A stretch of 63,864 bases of DNA, counting the filler, from Folioceros fuciformis (lineage: Eukaryota), in the NCBI GenBank assembly GCA_049999805.1. It is 4 parts of 4 records of this genome, joined end to end, with 100 filler letters (N's around TTAATTAATTAA, not from the genome) between each part and the next. Parts side by side here need not be neighbours in the genome. Positions count along the whole stretch, not along the records: positions 18,060 to 38,259 come from JBNGIO010005795.1; positions 38,360 to 61,512 come from JBNGIO010005797.1; 2 more parts are not named here. The stretch is one strand, 5' to 3'. Below, piece by piece: positions 27,360 through 39,984 of this stretch. Numbering within the stretch: the stretch's first letter is position 1; each line of letters starts with the position of its first letter. The notes beneath the pieces are model-generated. The model was not told where the DNA came from and did not search any database. It saw only the letters and a program-made list of their open reading frames with translations. The translations under genes and the position numbers were made by a program.

Positions 27360-30300
27360 GCCAGTCTGGTCACATTTGTTCCTCGTGCCTGCTACACTTA
27401 TTGTGGTCCAGTTTCCCTGATCAAAAACATGATGTCTCACCATTCCCACTTGGAATTGTGCAATCTTGCTGCTACCCTCCTGTTGGCCTGGTTCGCAGTC
27501 ATCCTGCTGGGCATCTTGCTACTAGGCTGAGATTAACAAATTCTGTGCCATTATCAAATCAGAAAATTTTGAGCAAATAGCCTGTTTGGCGCTGTGCAGT
27601 ACTAAGCCAGTCTTGAAACAAAGCAAAGGTTTCATTCTTTCTTTTCATAGGAAAGGTTCAAGTAAACCTGCTGTAATCATCTGTGATGGTAAAATAGTAA
27701 TTTGCCCCCCCAAGTGAAGAAACCTGAAGGCGGCCAGAAATATCAACGTGTACTAAGTCAAGGAGCTGTGAAGATTGATGAGCTGGGGTTGTGGGAAAGG
27801 GGAGTTCCTTCTGCTTGGCTAGGGCACAAGTCTCACAAAGGAGCAACTCCTTCAAATATTTAGGTAAGGGCTCACGATAGCAACCTTCTTTGCTGAGGGA
27901 TGCCAGGGTCTATTTATTAATATGACCCAATCGGGCATGCCAGAGAATAGACTGTTGGACAGCCGTCAGGTTGCCTACACTTGTAGAATAGGCATGAGTC
28001 CGACTGCAAGGAAGACAAGTAAAGTCTAAACGATACAGGTCGTCCTCTGGTAGTGCTTGAAAAACACAATGAGAGGGAGAATCTGGCCTAACAAAGCAGC
28101 AGGATCCCTCATGAGCTGTCAACTGGAAATCATGTCGTTTGAGTAACCAACTCAAGGACAATAGGTTCTTTGCCATTCTGGGGACGTACAGAACATCTGC
28201 TAGGGTTAAAATGGAGCCATCAGTAAGTCGAAAATTGCAGGAACCTTGGCCTAGAATTTGCAAACTGGTGGAATTTTGCTCATCCCCGAGATACACCCTA
28301 TCAACGTCAGAAGTAGGGGTAAGGGATGCAAACAGAGATTCATCTCGACAAATATGAGCAGTGGCCCCAGAATCCAGGTACCAAGCTGCCTTGTCACCTG
28401 CTAAGGTTGAAAGACATACTTTAATATTTTAACCACTGGCTTGTTGGATTCTGCAAGCTTGTCCCTAACTACAACATTAGTAGTAGGTCGAGATGGTTTA
28501 CGAGGCTCTCCAACCTTCTTCTTCCTACACTCATTGGCCCAATGGCCAGGTTTACCGCACCAGTTACAGTTACTAGGGCGTTTGGAGGATGGACCAACAT
28601 CACTGCATTGTCCTTCATTGCGGGGACCCTTGTAGAAGCCCGGCTGTGGTGGTATCCGCATTCTTCCTCTTTGTGCCCCTCATCCATGGGAAGCAGTCAA
28701 GACTCTGTCAGCTTTGGTTTTCCCTAGACCCTGACAAGAGCCTACTTTGCTCTTCTTGGAAGAGAGCCCCTATCACCTCGTCTAAGGTGAGAGTAATTTG
28801 TCAACCTGCAACTCCGGCAGCCCTAGCCTGTCGGATGGGGACATTGTGTGCAGATACAAAGTTCTGGTAATTGGGCGAAAGGATGGTGAGCAATTGTGCA
28901 ATCACGTCCACCTCGTCCATCACTGTACCAAGAGAGGTAATTTGTGCTCTAAGGTGTCTAAGCTTGCTGGTGTGAGCAAGTACTTTGTGCCCTTCTCGCA
29001 TTTTAAGTCCATAGAACTCCATACGCAAAGTACAGAGTGTTAGGACATTGTTTATCCGATACTGACCTTCCAACTGTGCCCAGATTTCACTGGCCTTTGT
29101 GAGAAATTCAATCTGTGGAATAAGATCTTCAGTCAGGCCAGAGACAAGGAGAGCAATACCAATGCTATTTGCATGAGCCCACTTATCTCTTTCTCCTGTG
29201 AGGGCTGTAACAGGAGGCTCTGGAATAGATCCATCTACTACTCCCCAAACTCCTCTAGCTAACAAAGTAGACTTCATGCGAACTCTCCACACCTCGTATT
29301 TCTGGCCATTAAACCTGTCATTTTCTTTTAATTCGGAAGTGAAGACAGGGTGGTAGCCAGCTAGGGGTGCAGGTGGTGACGGAGGAAGTGGGTTAATGCT
29401 AGTCATGGTAGTAGGATAACTTGGGCGTGTGTTTAGGGCGGGTGTGTTAAGGGCTATCTGGTCAACACTGAAGAGATTGACTAATCAGGATATCTGCCTG
29501 TGCAGGAGAAATGAATAAGCATGGACTAGGAGAAAGAGGCATCAATAAGACACCAAGAGACATGGCAGCACCGAAACGGTAAAAAACTAGAAGACCCTAA
29601 CTTCCAAGGGGTCTACCGGTTCACAGGATTTGGACATCAATGTGAAAACCCTAACTGCCAAGGGGTACACCGGTTCACATGAGTTCGACATTCATGTGAA
29701 AACCCTAACTCGTTTGTGCATCCGACTTTCTAGGAGTGGGCAACACGGTTGGAAGATACAATCCCATGGCTGGCTGCACCATGGACAAGGGTTCAGGATA
29801 ATCCAATTGCTGGAATTCCCTGAGAAGAAGCTCCTGGCGCGCACAAATCTGACCCATTTGTTCACTAATCTGATCAAAATTTGCAATTACAATTGAATTT
29901 TGTTGCACGATTTGTGCATCCTGCATAAGAAGCACATTAGTCAACTGATCCTGCAAATTGTTAATGCGCCAAAGCATGTAGTCACTTTCTACACCATCAC
30001 CCAATTTGTGAATTCCTAATATAACAGATCCCAGCTGTAATTTAGGTAAGTTGAGCTGATATGAGTGCCGTTTTTGTGTAGATATATCTGCAGGGTTACG
30101 GCGACTAGACCTACGATGAGGCATGCTGTAGAAAAAGTGCACTGAAATTATTCAGACATTGTAACTGACAATTGTGTGCAGGAGGAGCAATGTGGGCTTG
30201 AGCATAGTTCCAAAATTATTTAGAAATAATTGTGTGACTTTGCTGAAGTCCCTATTGTTCTTCCTCTACAATGGTGTCAGCTTTTGTTCTCTTAATAAAA

Positions 30301-30362
30301 TTAATAATTGGAATTACTGAGATTCCATATATGATTTAGTAAAGAATCTCTCATGCTCCTAC

Positions 30363-30415
<53 letters not shown>

Positions 30416-30748
30416 AGGTCCAACCTTTGTAAAGATTTAATGGCAACATAGTCATAGTTGCCATCAAATGTGAGATGATGCCAATACATGCATGAGTCTA
30501 GTCATCATTCACACATAATCATAAAGCGCCTTGCTCTGATACCATGACATAAATGGAGAGCAAGAGAGATTATGAATCATAAGGCAATAAATTAATAAAT
30601 AATAATAATTACAAAGTAATGTAAAGAGTGCATATTATCTATGCTAGGCATCTCTTCGCTAAAGTGACCTTTGAATAATTAAACTAAACTTAACTAACCA
30701 CAACTAACCGGGGGTAAACCCTAAGCGAGTGAGGTTACCCCGTGAACA
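27360..30748 (-). mobile_element. Ty1/copia 5' half (LTR, PBS, leader ORF, gag, protease, integrase start)
   Basis: PBS at 30533-30544; LTR 30545-30748 (TG...CA); gag ELKENDRFNG (from 29406); CNWCGKPGHWANEC; WYLDSGATAH; WHARLGH; LDLVHVDI integrase. Confidence 0.9.
30365..30411. repeat. Mononucleotide A run (47 nt) in the copia leader
   Basis: Directly visible homopolymer. Confidence 0.9.
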
Positions 30749-32252
30749 ATAACACCTAGAAACTAGTAGACTTGCCCAAGGGTCACAAGCATGTTGCTTG
30801 CAAATGGGTCTTTAAGAAAAAGTTTAACACAAATGGTAGTGTGGGACGTTACAAGGCGAGGTTAGTTGCAAAGGGGTACACTGTAGTCAGGTAGCAGGAC
30901 TAGACTATAATGAGACTTTTGCTCCAATTGTCAAGTTTACGTCAATAAGGATACTGCTTTCTTTAGCTGCACATTATGGTCTGTTGGTTCATCAGTTAGA
31001 CATGAAAACAGCCTTCCTTAATGGGTCATTAGGGGAAGAAATATATGTGTGCCAGCCAGAGGGTTTTGAGATAGACATGGACAAGGTTTGTTAACTGCTG
31101 AAAATGTTGTATGGTCTGAAATAGTCGAGCAGAGCATGGAATGAAACCTTCCATGCCATGTTCATTGAGCTAGGGCTCACATGTTTGGATGCAGACAACA
31201 ATGTTTATATCTTATGGGAAGAAGCAAACTTTCTTATCCGGACAGTATATGTTGATGACAACTTCATGTTTTGTACCTCACCGACACTGATGGCCAGGAT
31301 TAAGAGCGTTTTGCTTTCTCGTTTTGACATGACTGATTTGGGACAGCTCAGTTTCTCACTTGGTGTGCAGTTTCATTTCTCAGAGGACAGACACACCATG
31401 GAGATCCACCAAGGGCATTTCGTTCATCAGCTTTTGCAACGTTTTAATATGGCTGATGCACGCCCAGTGTCTACTCCCATGTCCACATGTGAAAAGCTTT
31501 CAAAGGAGCAGTGCTCCTCAATGGAAGAAGAGAAAGTTGTCATGTCAACTCATCCTTACAGGCAAGCAGTTGGAAGTCTTATTTACTTTGCTACCTTGAC
31601 ACATTTGGACATATCAAGGGTTGTTAGAAGTGTATCTCAATTCCTTGAGAATCTAGGGGAAGCCCATTGGACAGCAGTAAAAAGGATATTTAGATATCTT
31701 AAAGGGACACCCAGATTAGGACTTACATACAAGAAGCAGGGTAGTGGACTAATGCTTACTTCTCACTGTGACGCCGATTGGGCTGGAGATCCAGACAGCA
31801 GGAGAAGTGTTGCTGCATATTGTGACCTACTTGGTGGGTCTGTGATATCGTGGTCGAGTAAGAAGTTGTCTACAATCTGCCTATCATCCACGGAGGCCGA
31901 ATATGAAGCCCTCTCACAGGCTGCAAGAGAGGTGATATGGATACGCTCTTTTTTGATAGGAATTCAGCAACTGCCATCAGGGGCTATGACATTGTGGTGT
32001 GACAACCAATTTGCTATTGCACTTTCGAAAAACCCTGTTTTTCATGCAAGGTCAAAACATATAGAAATTACCCACCACTTTATTCGTCAAGCTGTTGATG
32101 CAGGTGAAGTTGAGGTACACTACATGCCTACAGGTGACAACATAGCAGACCTTCTAACAAAGGCTCTACCAAGAGTTCTACATGCTAAGCACACCACAGC
32201 AGCAGGTCTCAGGCTTATAGCATCATCACACAAGCCTGGCACTGCACATTAG
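30749..32252 (+). mobile_element. Ty1/copia RT-RNase H remnant
   Basis: [11 protein letters not shown]...[47 protein letters not shown]; stops in the first 400 bp. Confidence 0.93.
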
Positions 32253-32814
32253 GCTTTCTCTAGTCACTATGTCTCAGCATCTAATATGATAGCCCTTCTC
32301 TTTGATTTTTCCTTTCAAGACTTTCAACAGTTCTTCAGTCTTCTTTAATTCTGCTAGCAGTGCTACAGGACAAAGAGAGAGAAGGTTAGAACTTTATTAG
32401 AGGCATAAATGAATGCATAAGTGAGGTAGGCGCAAGGTGGATGAAGCCTAACGTATAGGTAAGCGCTTGCCCTTCCTCATTTGGATCATCGTATCTAACC
32501 CTCTTACGCACTCCTCCTCCAAAGGGAGCATCTACATTTTTACAAGGTATTTTGGTTGCACGTAATAGTACCATCTACTCCTCCTTGCTCAGTTTCTGCC
32601 CAGCACACTTAGAGGTAATCATGTATGCGTAATAGTAATCCAGCTCCCCATCTTCTTCTGGGAATATCCTTTCCATTTCCCTCTGGTACTCATGTTTGGA
32701 CAGTCTCCCCTGTTTGCTCAGATTCACATTGTCAAAGCATACCTATAGAGGGGTATCATAAGGTTGCAATTTCAATCCAGCAGGAGTCATTGTTTTCAAG
32801 CTGACCTTCGCTTG

Positions 32815-35610
32815 TCAATGTGTTTCAACTTGAACACTTAACTTGTATGTGATGTCTAATTTGTACAGGTTATAGACGGGTGTGCCTCGAATGACAACCT
32901 TGTCCTTTAATGAGGGGTCTAGCACCTTACACTCCCCTCCAGCAAACATTACGTGCAACATGTGCTGGGTGTCAAGCAAATGTACAGATACAAGGTTCTT
33001 AACCATTGCTGGGACGTGTAAAACTTCAATAAGGTCTATTGTGGTGCCATTCATGAGCTGTACACGGACCTTGCCTATACCAGCTATGGGGAGACCATAG
33101 TCATCTCCAAGCAACACGACTTGACCTCGTGGCATCTTCCTATACTCTGAAAAAGCTTTGAAAGTATGACAGACATGTGAGGAAGCTCTAGAGTCTAAGT
33201 ACTAGAAATGCCTGTACTGAGGGGTTGCTACCATGTAGACGGCTAGCAACGTGTTCGCCTTGCGATGAGCCACATTTGAGGTGCTACCCGACGAGGTTCA
33301 CCCGCCTTCTTCTTCCGACAGTCTGCCTCCCAGTGTCCAGGTATCAAACACCAATTGCATGGACCTTTCTTCTTGGTTCCCATGCTAGCTGCAGGCTTCT
33401 TACTTCCGTTGTTGTCCCTTTGATAGGTTTGATGAGGTGGAGGCCGTCGAGTACCCTTGTTTGTATAGAGTACTCTGTTTGAGGCTTTTCCCCTGTGGGA
33501 GGGTTCACTTCGATTTGCTTGTCTGGAGGACTCCTCCTCGAGAAGAGCTTCAATTAGATCTACAAGGGACACGCCTGGTACTTGTCTTGGCAAAGCCTAT
33601 CGAAGGTCCGGTAGCTATCAGGCAGGGAAAGAAGCAGGGCTGTGGCTGCTTGCATTTCCGTTGTGGGAGTTCCACTTGATGTAAGCTTTGAATGAAGTGT
33701 TCGGAACTTGCTCACATGTTGCTCAATTGGGTCAGATTCCCGCATCTTGCAATTGTAAAACTGTCGTGTGGCTGTCAGGTTGGCTGCCCCATTCACCACC
33801 TGGTAGGATTGTGTGAGAGCATCCCAAGCTGCTTTGGTAGTTTCGACATCCTGCGTGTAGTGCATCATTGACCCATCCAGGGCTGCCTGGATCACCACTA
33901 ATGCACGCAGGTCCTTCATGGCCCACACATCCTGATCAGCTACTGGTGCAGTCCCTGCAGGTTTTGGGGTGGTACCCGTCACAACATCCCACAAACCATT
34001 CTCTTGAAGAATGGTCTTGACTCGCATGGCCCAGATGTCAAACTGAGATCCAGAGAATCTGTCTCTCTCCTTGAAGTCGATCTTCAAGTTGTTGATGGTG
34101 GTGTTGTTGACTGTGCCAACAGGGTTTGGATTGGCCATGGAGTGAACTACTTGAGATGCTAAGACAGCTTGAAGGGTTTGAGAAACAAGGGTAGATTGAG
34201 CAAAACGTGCTGAACGTGAAGCCTGGGATGCTACAGCTGCTTGAGCTAGTTGTGCGAATTGTGCATTTAAAATAAACTCAGCAGACGGACGAAAAACGAA
34301 ACTAGTTTGAGATGACTCAGAAGAGGCTTCGTGCTCAAGTTGTGATGCAGGATCAAGCGCGGACACGGGATCTTCAGAAGAGGTGTCAGTAGAGTTTGGA
34401 TTTTCCAAAGAATTGAACCAGAGTGGAGGCCGATGCGTCCCTCTGCCACGGCCACGAGGATGAGGGTTTCTTCCTCCCCATCTGCTGTTTGACATCAGCC
34501 GCACCTAGCACGCCTTCCTGGCCCAGGGATTGCCTGATCTTGAGACAAGAGATTTCTCCATGGCTATATACAGAGCGGCGACGCCATGCGCAAGCGCCTC
34601 CACTTGCCTCTTGAGAGCCACGATATTGATATTTGAAGCGTTCTGCCTATCGGTGAAGTCCACAATCCTTGCTTGTGTTTTGCAACTTTGTGCGTTTATG
34701 AGGTCGCAAACCTGTGCAAGGGTCTGATCGCTGGTTGCGCGGGAGGGATTGCTAGCATTTATGCATTGGCTGCAGGTTGCTAACCGACTCTCTGTGAGTG
34801 CACGGGATCTAGCGACCGGGTTGCGCTGTGCCTGGCTAATGATCTCAATAACTTGCCTTCTAAGTTGCCTCAAAAGGTCAGGTTTGATTGCTGGCTGCGT
34901 AGCAACATACTTGGTGTTCCGGCCATGATTGGGAATAGGTCTGATTTCTGGCTGCGCGTGCCTAGTGCCCTATCCGTGATTGGGAACAGTTGCTACGACC
35001 TTGGAGAAGAAGCTATTGAGGTTTCTACTAAGTTCTTCTACAGTCTGACTAGGATACTTAGCAATCGAATCAGCAGGTGGGTTCGACTTCCTTCCTCTAC
35101 CTCTCGGCATGACGCCTAGAGTGGGTAGAAGTGAAAACCGGCATCAGCCAAGAAATGTTCTGCCATGTTTCCAAATCTAACAAGCGTAAGTTTGTGGACA
35201 GCAATGAAGCTATGAAAAATTCTTATGAGAGAAATTTCTGATGCAGACTTTGTTGTGGCAGAATGCGCAAGGATTAGGAGACGTGACAAACTCCATGCTC
35301 TGATACCATCAAGCAGGTTGATCGATAGGCATAGAGGAAAGAATGAATTGATTATTGCTGTGACTGAGCTGCCCCTTAAGGCAGCTTCGTGTAGGTCTGT
35401 GAGGTGCAACTGTTCACGTGAGTGAACACGTCGCTTAGGGTTTGGTCACGTCAGTATGAAACGACATACCGTTTCATACCTATAACGTTTCGCCTAATTT
35501 AATAAATAAATCTAAGGCTGGCTATTTAATATAAAATTGACTCCTAATTTTATATTTTTCTATAGAATCGCCTAAACTGCTTAACTGTTTTGGTCGTTTT
35601 AACTATATCA
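32815..35610 (-). mobile_element. Ty1/copia 5' half (LTR, PBS, long in-frame leader ORF, gag, protease)
   Basis: PBS at 35297-35308; LTR from 35309 to about 35610; gag DFKERDRFSG; CNWCLIPGHWEADC; YLDS..SSHVC protease. LTR outer end inferred. Confidence 0.88.
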
Positions 35611-37267
35611 AATAAATGCTGGAGTTAGTCATATAACTCTAAACTGAACCGTGCCCTAAACTTCTCTTGCTCCTTTCTGTCGGCGCCGCCAGAGTGGTAA
35701 CAACACTCCCCCTCGCTGCGGACAAGGAGTGTGAAGGGAAACGATCAGTCTCGGCTGGATGTCTTGCTTGGTGCATGCCTGCGTACAGCTCCTTCTTTGT
35801 ATTCTTTCTAGCCTGTGGTGGCTGCTTCAGCTCGCGAGTTACATCATCTAGCTCATATGTGAGGGAGTGGAGAGTCTCGACCGGGCTGGAGCCACAAAAC
35901 CCAAGGTGGCGAAGGGGCGGTGCAGAGATGAAGTTGTTGCTGTTCGTGTGCGGAAGGATGCAGGCGTGAGTGCTGAAAGGTTTAGGACTGCGACTAGGCT
36001 GCTTCTACCGGACGACTGATCAATGTTCGTCTGATGGTGCTGCTGTTGCGGGTGCTCCCCCTATCTCTGGCTGCTCGATTGCCTTGAGATAAGTGTCTCT
36101 CTTGTGTAGGCCGATGCCTTGGACGTGCTTGAGATGGAGTTGCTTTGTGAGTCCTTTCGTCAAGAGGTCGGCTGTGTTATCGGCTGTGCTCACGTACTTG
36201 AACTTTACGTGCTTGTTAGCCACCGCTTGTCGGATGAAGTGGTGCTGGATCTCCACATGCTTTGTTCTTGCGTGCAGGATAGGGTTCAAGGTCACAGCGA
36301 TTGCTGATTGGTTATCGCAGTGCAGCTCCGTGGGTTGTTCCTGATCTTCGTGTATGTTGTGCAAGAACTGGCGGATCCAGAGTATCTCTTTTGCGGCTAG
36401 AGATGTGGTTGCATACTCCGCTTCTGCCGATGACAGGCATACTGTCTGCATCTTCTTGCATGCCTAGGAGATGGCCCTCTTGTTTATCATCATACAGTAT
36501 GCAGAGGTGGATTTGCGGGCGTCTGAGTCTCCAGCCCAGTCTGCGTCTGAAAAAGAGGTTACTAGGCACTTCTGAGTATTGGAGTCACTTCTGTATACTA
36601 TCCCCAGTGATTTTTTTCCCTTCAAGTAACGCAGGATCCTCTTCACGCAGGTCTACTGCGCCATGCTAGGAATCGACAGATACCTTGACGTCACGTTTAC
36701 TCCCTGGGCGATGTCTGGTCTCGTCTAGATGGACAAGTAAAGTAGGCTTGCTACAGCCTCGCTGTAGGGCACGTTCGCCATTTCTTCTGCTTGCATGGGT
36801 GTTGTGGGATTGTCTAGGGCTGACACCTTCTGCCCCGTGGCCATGGGAGTGGATACTGGCTTTGCGTCTTGCAGGTTGAATCTGGTGAGAAGTTGCTCGA
36901 CGTAGTGTTCTTGATGTATGAAGAAGGAGTGCTCGTCTGTGTTCCTTTCGAACTGGACTCCAAGAACGTACCTCAGGGTGCCCATGTTAGCCACCTCATA
37001 CTCCTCGGTGAGCAGGTCTTTGACGTGTTGAATCAGCTGTGGGTCAGTACCGAAGATGAAGTTGTCATCCACGTACAAGGTAACAATAACGTACTTGTTT
37101 TTGTCCTTCATTAGCATGTAGACACTTGAGTCGGCTAAGAGGGGTGTGAAGCCACATTTCTTGAGATACAGGTTGACTATCTCACTCCAGACTTGTGCCG
37201 ATTGCTTAAGGCCGTAGGGTGATTTTAACAGCTTGCAGACCTTTTGTTGGTCCTGGACAAATCCAGG
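35611..37267 (-). mobile_element. Ty1/copia 3' half (RT, RNase H, PPT, partial 3' LTR)
   Basis: KSPYGLKQS, LYVDDN, FSDADWAGD, SSAEAEY, HARTKHVE; PPT complement ctccccctc at ~35706-35714 next to ...aaCA at 35705. Confidence 0.92.
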
Positions 37268-38259
37268 TGTGGGCAAGCGGGCATGGTATCCCTACCAGGC
37301 ACATGCTCACATGTATCGTGGCCACATCAATCCCACGGTCGTTGTAGGTTTCCCCGGAATCGCTCCCCTCTGAGCCTGGTCAGCTACGTCTATCGCTCCC
37401 CTACACTAGTCAACTCTCCCAACCACGTACCTACCAATCTAGCCACATGTCCCATCAATAGGTAGGCACCATTCCTTCACTTGGAAGGGCCCCAGTACCT
37501 CCCCTACCGATTTCTACCTTCCAATCACGTTCCTACCAATCGTGCAACACGTCCCGTCAGTAGGTAGGCACCATTCCTTCACTTGGAAGGGCCCCAATAC
37601 CTCCCCTACCGATTTCTACCTCCCTACACTCGATACCTTTTCCTTACAAGGCTCCTTACAACACCTTCCTCTACCCACAATCTAGCTGCTCGTCTCCCTA
37701 CACCCAGCAACCAACGAGTTTCCTCCGAGCCTACTCCGCTCCCTCCAACTCTGTTTATCGTTCGCCTACGACATTCAACCTTTCCCAGCGCGTACCTTCA
37801 ACACGTCTAGTCAGTAGGTAGGCACCATTCCTTCACTTGGAAGGTCCCCTGTACCTCCCCTACCAACTTCCAACTACCTACACCCAGCCCCTTTCCCCAC
37901 AAGTCTCCTCACAACACCTTCTACATGATCCAACTCCACGTTTCCCTAAGTTCAAGACTCCCTACCAGACATCACAAGAACCTTTGCGATCGGCAACAGA
38001 GAGGGCACTCGCAGCTCCCCCTTCCGCCAAGATGACCACGTAGGCTTACGAAAATTAGTTCTCTTTTCGTCACGAAACACTTACAATCAAAGAACGGGGG
38101 CCTCTGGCTCAAGTTCTTCGTTCTACTTATATAGGATGGCAGACGGCTTCCTACCTACCACTAGCCGCGGCCAGCTTTAACTACGCACACCTACCAAGAG
38201 GCTAATGTTAAGCATAATTAATGTTGAGATTAATTAGTGCTAATCCAGCTTATTGAGTT
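37268..38259 (-). mobile_element. LTR of the same family as the 22287-24020 solo LTR, inverted and cut by a gap
   Basis: Starts TGTGGGCAAGCGGG, the reverse complement of the solo-LTR 3' end; contains three copies of the aggcaccattccttcacttggaagg block; interrupts host RT. Confidence 0.88.
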
Positions 38260-38413
38260 NNNNNNNNNNNNNNNNNNNNNNNNNNNNNNNNNNNNNNNNN
38301 NNNTTAATTAATTAANNNNNNNNNNNNNNNNNNNNNNNNNNNNNNNNNNNNNNNNNNNNGGTCTGAGAGTCGTCAGTAACCAGATGTTGATGGTTAGTGC
38401 TCTCGTTTTGCAG

Positions 38414-39357
38414 GTGGGGCCAAATTGGACTTTGATAAATGCATTGCCACTCCAGCCTTCATGCCGAAACTCGGCAAGGTCGTGGCTGATGAGCCGATTT
38501 TGCGTGTCTCGCTTTGAGTTCTGTTGAAGGTTTAAGTTGTGACTGGGTGCTGTGTCGAAAAAGAGGGAGTGCCAGTGTGTGTCGGACCTCATTATTCTTT
38601 CTTGAGCAGGTGGCACGCATTTTAGGGCCTAGAGGGCTAATGCCAAATCCGAAGGTGATTTTTGGTTCTACTGAAAGGTTTTGTTGTCCTACAGTTCAGT
38701 TGGTTTAGTGTTGAAACGTAATTCGCTCTCTGGCAGGTGGGATCTGTCACAAACAATGTTGCGGAAGCGGTGAAAGCTGCCAAGCAGGGACGAGTGGACT
38801 TCAGAGTGGACAAGACTGGCATCGTTCACGCAGGACTCGGCAAGGTAGGCTGTTCAAGCCCTGGCCACTCCTGTAGCAAAGAAGTTCGTTCTCGTTGGTA
38901 GAGTAGGAATCGCTTCAGTCGTCGCCTCTCAGGAAACGGTAGCTTACTGATCAGCAATGGTAACCTCTGACTAATAGGTGAGCTTCTCCGAAGCAGCACT
39001 GCTAGAGAATATCGCAGCTTTTGTAGCTGCGCTACTGGGAGCTAAACCCGTCGGGTTGAAAAAAAGTGAGCATCTGCACACTTGTAACGTCGTTTCTTGT
39101 TTTGAAGTCTCCTCATGTTGTGGGTCAACTTATCTCCAGGCTCACGGTATGCGGGATATGTGCAAAAGGTTTATCTGACATCTACGGTAAGGATCGTTTT
39201 CCTTGGCCTCCGGTATAGTGTTCGTTTTGCGTTGTAAGCTATGAATACGAGAACAATCTTTTTTTTGAGGGTGTAGATGGGTCAAGGTGTGCCGGTAACA
39301 GTTCAATCAGTGGCTGTGGCTGCTGACAACTACCTCAAGGCGACGGAAGTCCGGTGA
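38414..39357 (+). CDS. RPL1: Organellar (probably mitochondrial) ribosomal protein L1/uL1, 3' six exons; 5' part missing at the gap
   Basis: Spliced product [41 protein letters not shown]...[31 protein letters not shown]...[29 protein letters not shown]...-TGA (39355-39357); GT-AG introns. Confidence 0.92.
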
Positions 39358-39984
39358 ACCTGGCCTCATGTCGGTTGGAGTCCGACTATACCGGGAGATC
39401 TTCAAGCTTTTCGGAATGCCTCAATCTATGGGACCCGAAGTTTCTGGAGTTCCCCTAGTACTCCTGCGAGACGTGGCCATCAGGATGCTCTTCGGAGAAG
39501 ATGTGGGGCCATCGCCGAAGTCGGTTTGAGACTTCGGCCAGAAGCAAAGTTGCATCGAAGTCTGCTGAGCAAACTCGTCGTTGGAGAGGTGTAGTAGTTC
39601 TCAGAGGCGGTGCTCAGAGCTGTTGGTAGCTGTGAAGAGTGGCACATCCAATCGTGCTGCAGCGAACTGTCGCACGTCTTTGGGATCTGACCTGGTGGCC
39701 TTGAAGGACGCAAACTAGTTGTGTACATCGTGTCCACGGATCGAGCAATCTTGAAAGCCATTTTTTCTTGAACAGTTTGGCTCCGATCACATCTGTAACA
39801 GAGCCATTTTTTGTGTTCGAATAAAAAAACCTAGTATCATGAAAGTTTTGTAGGTACATATTTATGAAAAAATATACCGTTAAGACCTCGTGTGGGGGAT
39901 TGTCTTCCTGAATCGTGGCCGATGCACATCCTTGTGGGGCATGTAGGAAGGAGCATGCCCCATAGTCCTGTGTGGGGTACTCCG

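Noticed and set aside
30365..30411. Poly-A run as a retrocopy/SINE tail
   Set aside because: No TSD or recognisable body; more simply an expanded T-tract in the copia leader.
32340..32814. Chromodomain or env-like ORF between two copia halves
   Set aside because: Short stop-interrupted frames without diagnostic residues.
38414..39357. Bacterial-type L1 as horizontal transfer or contamination
   Set aside because: Spliceosomal introns and a plant-type KPVGLKK..YAGY segment indicate an ordinary nuclear-encoded organellar protein.
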